Positions 54,616 through 64,000 of a stretch of 64,000 bases of DNA are shown piece after piece. Every line of letters starts with the position of its first letter. Position 1 is the stretch's first letter. The notes under the pieces are model-generated. The model had not been told where the DNA came from, searched no databases, and was given only the letters and a program-made list of their open reading frames with translations. The stretch is taken from positions 1 through 64,000 of IMG/VR virus record IMGVR_UViG_3300022927_000008; one strand, 5' to 3'. The stretch comes from a virus. Position numbers and translations under genes: made by a program.

Positions 54616-55238
54616 ATCCTTGATATCAAATCTAATTCATCTTTATCTTCTAAACCTAGTTCTTTTAGGCGTTGAAGGTGATAATCATCAATTTCCCAAT
54701 CTACTTGACCTTCATTAACTGGTTTATATTCCTCCATTGTTTGGATTTGTTTGTCACTAAATATGTCCCCAACTGTTAAAAAGTAACAATTATAACAAAG
54801 GAGTTCTACGTTATCTAATTTATAATTTTTTTTATTATTGTCTTTAAAGTTCATTATTAACGGAACTTTGTAATCTAACACCCTGCGTTCATTAAATGAA
54901 CAATTTGAACAACAATCCTCTAAATAACCCTCCCCTATCATTCTCTCACGAATTTTAGCAGCTGAAAAGTGGGAACTATCAACTCTACCTTCTATAATGT
55001 CTAACACAGCAGGTTGTTTTACACTACCATTTAAAAACTTGGGTATACCTTTACCTGCTTGGTTTTTATGTTGTTCAAATAGGTCTGGGTAACCTTCTTC
55101 AGTGGCTTCATAATTTTTGGCCCATTTTTTGTAGTGAATGTAGGAAACACCTAAGTAACGAGCGGCTGCACGGTTAGACATAGTCTTATTCATAGCTGCT
55201 TGTATCTGTTGTTTACTTAGGGGTTTTGCCTTGGGCAT
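54612..55238 (-). CDS. HTH + degenerate HNH/Zn-binding protein
   Basis: SNRAAARYLGVSY; CSNC..N..LDNVELLCYNC. Confidence 0.65.
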   Translation of the reverse strand: MPKAKPLSKQQIQAAMNKTMSNRAAARYLGVSYIHYKKWAKNYEATEEGYPDLFEQHKNQAGKGIPKFLNGSVKQPAVLDIIEGRVDSSHFSAAKIRERMIGEGYLEDCCSNCSFNERRVLDYKVPLIMNFKDNNKKNYKLDNVELLCYNCYFLTVGDIFSDKQIQTMEEYKPVNEGQVDWEIDDYHLQRLKELGLEDKDELDLISRI

Positions 55239-55641
55239 TTTTATCTATTTTTATTTTTAGATCTACTAAGTATTCCCACAATTCTTCTTTAGTATTAAAC
55301 ATATATTCAACACCTTCATCATCTAAAAAGGGTACTACTCGTTTATTATCGTCAAATCTTGTGTATACATAAAATAGTATAGCTTCTGCAGCAACAGGTT
55401 CAAAGCAGAAATGGACTAGACTTTCTATAACTTGAAAGTAAATATCATCAATTGTTGATATATCTATTTTAAATTCATCGTACAATTTATGTTGACGCTG
55501 CCAAGCTTCCTCAAATAAACCTATTATACGAATAAACTCATTTTTTATTTTAGCTTCAGTGTCTGCCTTATCACTAGTAAGGTGAACAGTGGTTCCTAAA
55601 ATAGATTCAAGTATTTCCTTTATTTCTTTTTTCTGCCCCAT
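55213..55641 (-). CDS. hypothetical protein
   Basis: coupled ORF. Confidence 0.6.
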   Translation of the reverse strand: MGQKKEIKEILESILGTTVHLTSDKADTEAKIKNEFIRIIGLFEEAWQRQHKLYDEFKIDISTIDDIYFQVIESLVHFCFEPVAAEAILFYVYTRFDDNKRVVPFLDDEGVEYMFNTKEELWEYLVDLKIKIDKNAQGKTPK

Positions 55642-55954
55642 TAACCTTTTGTTTTAACTTAACCAATTTAGCACACTTATCATAATCTTCTTGTTTCTCG
55701 TAAAACTTAATAACTCCTTCAATAGCAGCTTTAAAATTACGTCTGTATATTATTACTGAACATTCTAAATTAGGTATGTGGATTATTTTAGCTTGAGTAA
55801 AGTTAGTCTCTAATGCTTCTTCTATCCCACTTACAACTTCATCAAATAATAGCTTGTGGAAATCCTCAGATTCAGTTAGTATATCTAAATCTTCTTTATC
55901 ATCATAAAGTATTTCCACAGCAAGGATTTCACGTTTTTTATTTTCCTTATCCAT
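55607..55954 (-). CDS. UVR-motif protein
   Basis: FYEKQEDYDKCAKLVKLK; ATATTTAT at 55959-55966. Confidence 0.65.
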   Translation of the reverse strand: MDKENKKREILAVEILYDDKEDLDILTESEDFHKLLFDEVVSGIEEALETNFTQAKIIHIPNLECSVIIYRRNFKAAIEGVIKFYEKQEDYDKCAKLVKLKQKVNGAEKRNKGNT

Positions 55955-55966
55955 GGTTATAAATAT

Positions 55967-56743
55967 TTAGAAATCTAACATTTTAGAGTTATTGTCTGGG
56001 TTGTGTTTAGCCCATTGCCCCCATTTGTACTTAAAATATTCGTGGCAAAGTTGTTCTTTTTGCTGTTTGTTAATTTTTTCTTCATAAGTAGCTTCTGTGC
56101 CATATGAAACAAAGTGATAAAAATGGCACTCGTAAGTTCTTAACATTCTTAATCCTGCTATCTCACATTTAAGAAAAAAGTCCCAATCAACAACCCAAGC
56201 ACCAGGATAAGATTCATCCCATCCCCCTATTTTCATATAATCCCATTTATTCATAAAAATAGGTAAGGTACACCCAGTTTCTTCAACTTTACTTTCTTCT
56301 ATAATACTTTCTTCATACTCCCAAAATGCCTTTAAATCAAACTTTTTAGGATCCCTACCTAAATTTTTAATATGCATCTGTTTGAACATGCTAGGAATAG
56401 GTTCAATTTGATTGGGAGTAACTACAGATCCAGGAGAATAACTTGCTATTAATGCTATATCCCATTGGTCTGGGAATACATTGTCATCGTTGACTATAAG
56501 GATTTTGTTTGATGTAGCATTAAAAACTCCTAAGTTAGTAGCCCTGCTAAGACCCACATTTTCTTCTAAGTTAAGGATTTCAATGTGTTTTTTATACTTT
56601 TCAAGGATCTCTTTATTTAGATCATAAAAACCATCTACTACTACTATTATTTGATTCTTTTCAGTTTGACCTTCAATAGCAGATTTTAAACACAGATCTA
56701 AAACTTCAGGTTCTTTATAAGTAGGAATAATTACAGAAATCAT
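55967..56743 (-). CDS. glycosyltransferase family 2
   Basis: ISVIIPTY, VVVDG, N.GLSRATNLG, VNDD, IGGWDE..DWDF. Confidence 0.9.
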   Translation of the reverse strand: MISVIIPTYKEPEVLDLCLKSAIEGQTEKNQIIVVVDGFYDLNKEILEKYKKHIEILNLEENVGLSRATNLGVFNATSNKILIVNDDNVFPDQWDIALIASYSPGSVVTPNQIEPIPSMFKQMHIKNLGRDPKKFDLKAFWEYEESIIEESKVEETGCTLPIFMNKWDYMKIGGWDESYPGAWVVDWDFFLKCEIAGLRMLRTYECHFYHFVSYGTEATYEEKINKQQKEQLCHEYFKYKWGQWAKHNPDNNSKMLDF

Positions 56744-56760
56744 ATTTTAAAATTATTTTA

Positions 56761-57501
56761 TTAAGAAGTAATTTTTATGCTATATAGTTCACCTTCAAAT
56801 AAAGTTGTAGTAAGGTAACCTAATAACCTTTCGAACCCATGGGCTAAACTACCATAGCGGTCATATCCCTCTTCAAATTTAGGAAGGAGAGAAGGAATAT
56901 CTATTAAATTATAAAGATTTTTCATATAGAGATCATTTACTAAAAACATAGTCCCAGCAAAAAAAGGAGGGGCAAGTCTTTTATCTTTAAATACTAAAGT
57001 AGAGTCTGTGTTGAGGAGTTTTAATGCTTTTTTTATAAAGGGAAGAGCATCTAGATAATTTACGTTATCTAAAGTTTCACTAAATAACCAAGGAGCAGAA
57101 CCTACCATACAGGGGACCGTATTAGATGAAAGCTCAGAAAGAGCAGTAACATATTGCATATTACTATGTAAAAAGCTATCTACTAATTGAGTTCTCCACA
57201 TTTCTCCTAACTTAGGGGTATGAATAGACTTTTTTCCATGGATCTTTATATAATATTTATAAGGAATTGACTTAATTTGATCACAAACATGTAAGAAAGG
57301 AGCTACATCTAACCCTTTATTTTCTACTAAAAATACTTCTTTACTATACTTACTAATATCTTTTATATAGGGGGTATTTAAATTGTTTACACTAACATAC
57401 AAATCAGTTTTAGGATTATTTTGCAAAATAGATTTTAACCTAACTCTAAACCAAGGCCACAAATCTTGATAGTGTAAATGTAAAATAATAGCTACTTTCA
57501 T
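56761..57501 (-). CDS. RgpF-like rhamnan synthesis glycosyltransferase
   Basis: HLHYQDLW, NKGLDVAPF, KIHGKKS, F.AGTMF, LAHGFERL. Confidence 0.8.
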   Translation of the reverse strand: MKVAIILHLHYQDLWPWFRVRLKSILQNNPKTDLYVSVNNLNTPYIKDISKYSKEVFLVENKGLDVAPFLHVCDQIKSIPYKYYIKIHGKKSIHTPKLGEMWRTQLVDSFLHSNMQYVTALSELSSNTVPCMVGSAPWLFSETLDNVNYLDALPFIKKALKLLNTDSTLVFKDKRLAPPFFAGTMFLVNDLYMKNLYNLIDIPSLLPKFEEGYDRYGSLAHGFERLLGYLTTTLFEGELYSIKITS

Positions 57502-58118
57502 CCTATTTGTGCATATCTATTATTTTGAAAAACTTGTCGTTCTATTTCTTTATTATGAATAATACTAAAATGTTCTTCCATAGGTAAAGTAACATAAGTT
57601 TCATAACCTTTAACCATCCCATGTACTTGATGTCCTTCCCACTGAATTTTGGAGGAATTTTTATATATTCTTTTTTGAGGGTCAGGCCAGTTTACCCATC
57701 CTTCAGGTGATACCTGCCATCCCCATTGTTTAGTGTGTTGGGGGGTAAGACCTTCTACTATGTTTTTTCTGGGGGTAATTAATAAATCAACAGGGTTCTC
57801 TTTAAGGATATTTTTTAGGTTAATTAGAAGAATCTCACTAGGAATCTCATCAGCATCTAATTGAAATATGTAGTCCCCAGTACATTTAGTTTGGAGGTAA
57901 TTTTTATTTTCTAAAAAGTTTTGTTTAAAATCAAAAGGATAGTAATCAATGTCATCTTCATACTTTTCAAGAACTTCTATAGTCTCATTAGTAATCCGAT
58001 TCTTATCATATACTATTACAATTTCATCTTCATTGTCAATTTTTTCTATTAAATAAGAAATTAAATTATCTATTTCTTTATCTTCATTACATACTGTAAG
58101 GCCGTAACTTATTTTCAT
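57498..58118 (-). CDS. glycosyltransferase family 2
   Basis: TVCNE, GDYIFQLDADE, PDPQKRIY..VH. Confidence 0.85.
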   Translation of the reverse strand: MKISYGLTVCNEDKEIDNLISYLIEKIDNEDEIVIVYDKNRITNETIEVLEKYEDDIDYYPFDFKQNFLENKNYLQTKCTGDYIFQLDADEIPSEILLINLKNILKENPVDLLITPRKNIVEGLTPQHTKQWGWQVSPEGWVNWPDPQKRIYKNSSKIQWEGHQVHGMVKGYETYVTLPMEEHFSIIHNKEIERQVFQNNRYAQIG

Positions 58119-58546
58119 TTTTTTTCTTCTTTAAACATACCAATATAATCAAGAGCTTCCATATAATCGTGTTCGGCAAAGTGTTTTAGATTTTGCATAT
58201 CCATTTTATAAGTTTTTTCACTTTGATCTTCAGAAAGAGCTTTTACAGCAGCCCATCTCCATTCTTTAACATTTTTACCATCAGCATACACCATTCCTTT
58301 TTCAGGATTATTAGTAGCAGAAGGCATCCAATTTAAACCTTTATCATCTACATAAATAAGATCCTTATACAACTCGGGAAGTATTTCTATTTGCTCACTA
58401 AGAAATGAACTGCCAGATTGCATTAAAGTATTAGTTGTAAATCCACACCCATAACATAAACTTATAACGTAATCCGCCCCCATTTCTTGTTCGTAACAAG
58501 CATCGCTTCCACAACGAGGACATATTGTTAATTTATCTTTCAACAT
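58115..58546 (-). CDS. Zn-ribbon protein
   Basis: CPRC..CYGCG. Confidence 0.65.
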   Translation of the reverse strand: MLKDKLTICPRCGSDACYEQEMGADYVISLCYGCGFTTNTLMQSGSSFLSEQIEILPELYKDLIYVDDKGLNWMPSATNNPEKGMVYADGKNVKEWRWAAVKALSEDQSEKTYKMDMQNLKHFAEHDYMEALDYIGMFKEEKK

Positions 58547-59813
58547 TTTCTAATTTTTTAAGTTTAGGTAATTTCAAACTAATTTCATTAGGGACATCAG
58601 GTAAGTGTTCTTCCATTATTACCTCTAAAGCTTGTTTCATATTTCCATAACTAAAATGGTTTTTACTTTTATGGTATTGGAGTAATGCCTGTTTTTTATA
58701 TTTAGGATAGTTATCAAAAACATCTTTTAAATAGGAAACTGCCTGAGAGGGTTCTACTGAGAACCAACTTCCTTCTTTAAGGAGAATGTTTTTTACTAAT
58801 GCACTATCATGTACTTTAGTAAGCTTTCCTTCTAACAAAGTAGTAAATTTACTATCTAAAAAATCAATATGGCCACTCCAATTAGTAGTAATAATAGGTT
58901 TTTTAGTTAAACTAAATTCTAATAAGGGTCTACCAAATCCTTCCCCTTTAGTTAAAGATATCATAGCTTTAACTTTTTTATGATTGTAAAGATTATTCAT
59001 CTCTTCATCAGTAAGTTCACCATGAAGTAAATAAATATTAGGTAAAGTGTCTGCTTCTATTGTTTTTTTAATTTCATCTATTTTATCTAAGATCATTTCT
59101 CTATCCATATAAGATGCACCCGCCCCACTAGTTTTTAAAATTAATGCAGGTGTTTTTTTCTGGTTTTTGAATGTTTCGTAGAAGAGTTTTATCATTAGGC
59201 CTACATTTTTCCTATCTTCTCCTACAACTCCTTGCATCCAATGTCCTACAAATAAGTAAGCAAATTGATCTTTTATATCTTTTAAATCAAATTTATTAGT
59301 TTCTTTTGAAGGAAAATATTTAGTTAAATCCGCTCCTTCAAATAATACTTCTATAGGTTTTTCTATATATATTTCAACAGGAGTATCTCCTTCTTTATGT
59401 TCAAATCTAAGGTTTTCAAATGTATTTTTGGAATGATTTGAAGATACTAAATTTAAATCCATTCTATTTAATCCCTGGATCCATGAGGGATCACATACGG
59501 TGGTTTCTATGCCGGCAGTAATTCCAATATTATATTCCCCTACAGGTTGGAATTCATTAGGTACACTAATTTGAGCCCACACTTGGGGTTTCGCAGGAAG
59601 TTGATTACCTGGAGGAAGAAGGTGGGGTTGTATAAATCCCCATTCCTCTAAATTATTTTCTATAAACCCCCAAGGGCAACTCCCCCATCTTTGGGGTAGA
59701 ACTTTTACATTATATTTGTCAAGCTCAATAATAGCTCTAACTAAATCTCGAGAACGTGCTCCATAACCTGAGTAAGTGTCTATGGGGCAACTTATTATAA
59801 ATAAAGGTTTCAT
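58533..59813 (-). CDS. glycosyltransferase (GT-B, GT4-like)
   Basis: SGYG, RKN, GEGFGRPLLE (EX7E). Confidence 0.85.
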   Translation of the reverse strand: MKPLFIISCPIDTYSGYGARSRDLVRAIIELDKYNVKVLPQRWGSCPWGFIENNLEEWGFIQPHLLPPGNQLPAKPQVWAQISVPNEFQPVGEYNIGITAGIETTVCDPSWIQGLNRMDLNLVSSNHSKNTFENLRFEHKEGDTPVEIYIEKPIEVLFEGADLTKYFPSKETNKFDLKDIKDQFAYLFVGHWMQGVVGEDRKNVGLMIKLFYETFKNQKKTPALILKTSGAGASYMDREMILDKIDEIKKTIEADTLPNIYLLHGELTDEEMNNLYNHKKVKAMISLTKGEGFGRPLLEFSLTKKPIITTNWSGHIDFLDSKFTTLLEGKLTKVHDSALVKNILLKEGSWFSVEPSQAVSYLKDVFDNYPKYKKQALLQYHKSKNHFSYGNMKQALEVIMEEHLPDVPNEISLKLPKLKKLENVER

Positions 59814-61264
59814 TAATATTCTAATTTATGGGGTGTTACTTTTGGTTTTCTAGTGTCTATTTTGATTAGTTCATACCTTTCTCGGGGCTTCCAATTTTTA
59901 AATAATGTATCTATATTATCTATAATACGGTAGGACATTTTTTCTGCAGTGAATCCTGCTTCATCACTTAGAGCCCACTTTCTTCCTATTTCTCCTTTAA
60001 TTTTTCTTTCTTTAGCCCCCATTTCCCATACCTCAAATAATCTATTAGCGGCATCACTAGAATCACATCTATCATCAAAAATATAAGGGGTAGGAGGGGA
60101 ACCTTGGATTGAAATACTTGAAGGGAAAATAGGAAAGGCCCATTCTCCATGTTGGGTATATGTTTTTCTATGGTTTGAAGGTATTTTCTCATTAGGGGTA
60201 AACCATTTTCCTTTATTATCTATAAATCTCATTTGGTCTTGCATTCCCCCGGTAACATTAGCTACTATAGGGTTACCTACAAGTAAAGCTTCGGTTAAAC
60301 TTAACCCCCACCCTTCATTAGATGTAAGTTGGATCTGAACATCAGAGCAATTATATAGAAAATTCATATGCTCAGTATCCAATTTATCCTCTACAAATAA
60401 AATGTTATACTTTTTATCATCCCCACACAAAGTTTCAATAACAGCAGGTAAATTGGTACCATTAGGATCTATCCTTTGGGTTTTTAATATTAGAAGACAT
60501 TTCTCAGCTTGCTTGGGAGTAAGTTTATCAACGAATTGTTTATAGGCCCAAATAGTATCTGGTATCTGTTTACGCCTAATGTTTCTAGAGTTGTAAAGGG
60601 TAACAAAATCATATTCTTTGCCTTTAAAAAGCTCAGTTTTAAACTCTTCAAGCTGAGTGGCTTTTTCGTGTGATTTGTCGATAGGGAAAAATATTTTATG
60701 ATTTAGCCCATGGGGAACATAAGAAATAATTTTATTTTTAGCTTTATCTCCTAATACTAATTTATTTATATTAACAGTCTGTTTTGAAATGCCCATTAAC
60801 AAATCACATGATTCATAATATTCTTTATTATACATTGGGGCTGGGAAGTCGTCCCAAATATTTAAATAAATAATAGGAATATTTTGCCTAATTTCGTTTT
60901 CCATTTGAAACAACCAAGTCCAATATCTGGGGTCAGTAAATATAAAAATGGCATCAGGCTGCTCTCTTTTTATAAAGAACCTCACTGCATCGGGGTTCCC
61001 ATACCCATTACTAGGGTATATAGTTACTGAGGTGTCTTCTAATCCTGTTATTTTATTGGTTTCAGGGCTTAAATCTATAATTTTTCCTTCTTCAGGGTGT
61101 TGTATTGCTGCTCCTATATTTACCCAATTATAGTGATGGCAGGTATGGAGCACCATTTCTTTGGCTATAGTCCCTATTCCCGAATGAGTCCTAATATCAT
61201 CACACATTAGGAGTATCTTTTTACGTTCCTCTTTGGGAACATATCCTTTCATTTTCGTAACCAT
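59813..61264 (-). CDS. glycosyltransferase (GT-B, GT4-like)
   Basis: HSGIG, RNIRRK, NEGWGLSLTEA. Confidence 0.85.
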   Translation of the reverse strand: MVTKMKGYVPKEERKKILLMCDDIRTHSGIGTIAKEMVLHTCHHYNWVNIGAAIQHPEEGKIIDLSPETNKITGLEDTSVTIYPSNGYGNPDAVRFFIKREQPDAIFIFTDPRYWTWLFQMENEIRQNIPIIYLNIWDDFPAPMYNKEYYESCDLLMGISKQTVNINKLVLGDKAKNKIISYVPHGLNHKIFFPIDKSHEKATQLEEFKTELFKGKEYDFVTLYNSRNIRRKQIPDTIWAYKQFVDKLTPKQAEKCLLILKTQRIDPNGTNLPAVIETLCGDDKKYNILFVEDKLDTEHMNFLYNCSDVQIQLTSNEGWGLSLTEALLVGNPIVANVTGGMQDQMRFIDNKGKWFTPNEKIPSNHRKTYTQHGEWAFPIFPSSISIQGSPPTPYIFDDRCDSSDAANRLFEVWEMGAKERKIKGEIGRKWALSDEAGFTAEKMSYRIIDNIDTLFKNWKPRERYELIKIDTRKPKVTPHKLEY

Positions 61265-61276
61265 TTTGTTTTTTTA

Positions 61277-61459
61277 TTATAAATCTAAACTATTGTGATT
61301 GTGGATTTGACGTTTAAAGTCTTCATCAGTAAGATACAAATGAACACAACGGTCAGCAAGTTTTTGAAAAGAAAACTTATGTCTAACACATGCTACTTTA
61401 AATTCTTCAAATAAATCACTTTGAATTTTTACGCTTGTTAATGTTAAATCTTTTTTCAT
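61277..61459 (-). CDS. ribbon-helix-helix-like small protein
   Basis: LTSVKI..DLFEEFK..C..FSFQKL; ATATTTAT at 61477-61484. Confidence 0.55.
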   Translation of the reverse strand: MKKDLTLTSVKIQSDLFEEFKVACVRHKFSFQKLADRCVHLYLTDEDFKRQIHNHNSLDL

Positions 61460-61492
61460 AGCTAATATATTTTGATATAAATATTCGCGAAA

Positions 61493-62233
61493 TTAAAAAG
61501 ATGTGTTTCGGGTATAACCCTCCTCAAAATGATCAACAGTTAACTTATTGATAAATACAGGTTTTAAATCATGTTGTTTCATCCAAGGGTTAACTCTATT
61601 ATAAAAATTTATATCTCCAGGTTCACGTCTTCCATAAAAATATAAAGGGTCTCTTCTTCTTAAAGGTATAATTCTATAGTTAATACAAGTACTAGAATTA
61701 ATTATATTAATAGGAGTTGGGGGGAGATTAGTATAAAGTTCTGGGGGGTTTTGGCGGGGTAAAACACCATTTAGGTATTTGGATTTAGTATAAAGAAATG
61801 GAGATTGAGTAGTTTCTATTGCTGTAGCTAAGGTTTCTAAATGATCAGGAAAATAAATATCATCGTGGTCTAATTTACAGATATAATCATAACCTTCGTT
61901 TATAGCATATTCTATCCCTATGTTGGTACCGTGGGCACCCCCACTATGCCATAAATCCTCTCCTCCTTTAGGATACCTTTTCCTTTCTACAGCCACTGGA
62001 AGGTTAATGGGTAGGGTTTTATTTGGGGGGCAAAGTTTAATTATTTGTTCAAATTCTGCTTTGTCTTTGTAATTATCTCCTATTAAGTATATTTTCCAAT
62101 TTTTATATGTTTGGTTAAAAACACTTTGTAAGGTATTTTTTATATAACTAAATGTTTTACCATCAGGTCTATAATAAGTAGTTACAACTATTGCTAATTT
62201 AGGGTTACTATATTTTTTATTTATAAGTTCCAT
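61493..62233 (-). CDS. glycosyltransferase family 2
   Basis: SVFNQTYKNW, N.GI, LDHDD..PDHLE. Confidence 0.85.
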   Translation of the reverse strand: MELINKKYSNPKLAIVVTTYYRPDGKTFSYIKNTLQSVFNQTYKNWKIYLIGDNYKDKAEFEQIIKLCPPNKTLPINLPVAVERKRYPKGGEDLWHSGGAHGTNIGIEYAINEGYDYICKLDHDDIYFPDHLETLATAIETTQSPFLYTKSKYLNGVLPRQNPPELYTNLPPTPINIINSSTCINYRIIPLRRRDPLYFYGRREPGDINFYNRVNPWMKQHDLKPVFINKLTVDHFEEGYTRNTSF

Positions 62234-63042
62234 AGTGGAATTCCTTTAAGGTTGGGTTCAATGTTTTTTTTCTTTTTAGCAGGAATTCCTATATAAACTC
62301 CACTATCTTTTATGTTTTTAATTACTACACTTCCTGCTCCTAATATTATATTATCTGATTGGAGTTCTATTCTAGGGTTTATGATGGTGGCACAACCTAA
62401 GAAACAATTATTAGATATCTTAACAGAACCCCCTATAGTAACATTATTAGCAAAATGTACATTTTCTCCAATTTTAGTTCCATGACCTATACAGCAACCA
62501 GGAGCTAAGTTAACATTGTCTTTTAAGGTTGTGTATTCATTTGCTGATCCTCTTACTATTGAAGTATTACTACCAATAATACAGTTGTTTCCTATTTTAA
62601 CTCCACCTAATTGTCTTAAAAAAACTTTAGTAGCCCCATCCCACACCCACATCATACCTTCGGTTCCAATACTGCAATTAGCATCTATCCTTGTTCCATT
62701 TCCTACTTCAGTTTTAGAATAAACTACAGAATTAGGGCCAATAATTACATTATCACCAATTACAACACCATCACCAATTACAGCTGTAGGGTCTATAGAA
62801 CAATTATCACCCTTAATATATGATTTTTTATCAAAAGTGTATGGGTATTTTACTTGATGGGATAACCTATAAAATTCTAGTTGGGGATTTTTTACAATAA
62901 CTTGTACTACATTATTTAATCCTTCAAATTTTTGTTTGCAAAATAATTTACAATTTTTTAAATGTTTTACATGTTCAGGATTATCACCTACATAATAAGT
63001 AATCATTCCTTCTTTAGTATTAGGTAAAATTGATAATATCAT
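62221..63042 (-). CDS. LpxD-like hexapeptide-repeat acyltransferase
   Basis: left-handed beta-helix repeats; IGTEG..QLGGVKIG..IGHG. Confidence 0.85.
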   Translation of the reverse strand: MILSILPNTKEGMITYYVGDNPEHVKHLKNCKLFCKQKFEGLNNVVQVIVKNPQLEFYRLSHQVKYPYTFDKKSYIKGDNCSIDPTAVIGDGVVIGDNVIIGPNSVVYSKTEVGNGTRIDANCSIGTEGMMWVWDGATKVFLRQLGGVKIGNNCIIGSNTSIVRGSANEYTTLKDNVNLAPGCCIGHGTKIGENVHFANNVTIGGSVKISNNCFLGCATIINPRIELQSDNIILGAGSVVIKNIKDSGVYIGIPAKKKKNIEPNLKGIPLWNL

Positions 63043-63524
63043 TTATTGTCCTTATATTTTTTAGCGGGAATCCCATACCAAATTTCATCTGCAGGAATAT
63101 CATTTCTTACTTGGGAATTAGCACCTATAATTGAATTATTTCCAACTGATGTATCAGGCATTAAGGTTACATTTGCACCAATTAGCACAAAATTACCTAT
63201 ACCTTTTACAATTTTTGTTGAATTTTCTTCAAGGTTTGGAGTGTCGGTTAATACAAACCCATATTTAATTACACAATTTTTCCCAATAGTAGCGTTTGCT
63301 GAGATTGTGCATCTGCTTCCCATAGAGGTTCTATCACCCACTACGACGTTATTTCTAATTTCACAATAAGCAGTAAATGAACAATTCTTACCAATCTTCG
63401 CACCAGTCCTCACAATGCAAAACGGACCAATTTTAGTGTTATCACCAATTTCTACACCATCTTCTATTAGTGCTAGGGGATGAATTTCTACATTTTTACC
63501 TATTTTTGATTTGTTTGATATCAT
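63039..63524 (-). CDS. hexapeptide-repeat sugar acyltransferase
   Basis: IG repeats; IGANSQV..DIP..WYGIPA. Confidence 0.85.
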   Translation of the reverse strand: MISNKSKIGKNVEIHPLALIEDGVEIGDNTKIGPFCIVRTGAKIGKNCSFTAYCEIRNNVVVGDRTSMGSRCTISANATIGKNCVIKYGFVLTDTPNLEENSTKIVKGIGNFVLIGANVTLMPDTSVGNNSIIGANSQVRNDIPADEIWYGIPAKKYKDNK

Positions 63525-64000
63525 TTCTTATATATTTCAAATTTACTTAAATCGGGATAAGGTAGTTCCAAATCTTCATTGTGTTTCTTACCACCACCCA
63601 TTTCATAGAATTGTCCCATAAGTAACAACCCCCTAGCTGCAAGTTCCGGCATCATGTAAAAGTTCCAACCTAACATATCAAAGTTATCTTCGTGATATGA
63701 ACATTCTCTTCTTCCACTATATCTAGCTCTTTTAAACCATAAATAAGCCTCATGTGAGTCAGTTAATATAGCACCACCTTTAGATAGCTTAAAATGTTTA
63801 TAAGGTCCAGTGAATGAAATACACATATGTGTGTTAGGTAAATACATGTCTGCTGTAAATCTTAGAGCAGAATCCCATACGTTAGAGCCCTCTAATTGGT
63901 ATGCTCCTTTTATGGTCTTTCCTTTTACAGGTTTAAATTTAACTTTCCCCCCAGCATGAATAATTTCACAAGGGACTGATGGGTAGGTTCTAGAAGGAAT
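63521..64000 (-). CDS. DegT/DnrJ/EryC1/StrS sugar aminotransferase (partial, starts beyond window)
   Basis: DSA, SF..K..GGAILTD, GWNFYM..AARGL. Confidence 0.85.
   Translation of the reverse strand: MPSRTYPSVPCEIIHAGGKVKFKPVKGKTIKGAYQLEGSNVWDSALRFTADMYLPNTHMCISFTGPYKHFKLSKGGAILTDSHEAYLWFKRARYSGRRECSYHEDNFDMLGWNFYMMPELAARGLLLMGQFYEMGGGKKHNEDLELPYPDLSKFEIYKK

Noticed and set aside
54612-55238. Mobile HNH homing endonuclease or intron
   Set aside because: The expected catalytic His appears replaced (IMNFKD), and flanking genes are not interrupted.
1-64000. Stop-codon reassignment
   Set aside because: Long genes are intact and tightly packed under the standard code; no suppressor anticodon among the eight tRNAs.

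Overview
A 64-kb segment of a large, AT-rich, myovirus-like tailed phage. The host is most likely a Bacteroidota (flavobacterial) bacterium: promoters have a TTTG-like -33 and a TAnnTT-like -7 element, starts lack Shine-Dalgarno motifs, and there is a PID-CTERM-like tail and BspA/DUF285 domains. Almost all genes are on the minus strand. Left to right: baseplate/tail module with T4 gp6-, gp25- and gp5-like genes (1-13.8 kb); gp55-like sigma factor, HD nuclease, YkuK-like RNase H, tRNA-Ser and DUF932 (14-18.5 kb); a late operon of six proteins sharing an N-terminal MKELxxF(R/K)xFLxE peptide, resembling a T4-type capsid-targeting signal (20.8-24.7 kb); two GC-rich palindromic islands around a RadA-like ATPase, possibly genome termini (24.9-26.5 kb); small early genes driven by about 14 copies of a fixed-geometry promoter cassette with a spacer hairpin and a Pho-box-like GTCAT-N6-GTCAT repeat; a tandem array of modular fibre-like proteins, three of them PKD/DUF285 proteins each followed by a small His-rich partner (36-45 kb); a tRNA cluster with tRNA-Ile(UAU) and two unidentified structured RNAs between tRNAs (49.3-51.2 kb); and a glycan-biosynthesis cluster (GH16, GT2, GT4, RgpF-like, acyltransferases, DegT; 54-64 kb). 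All family calls are by eye from motifs; no searches were run.
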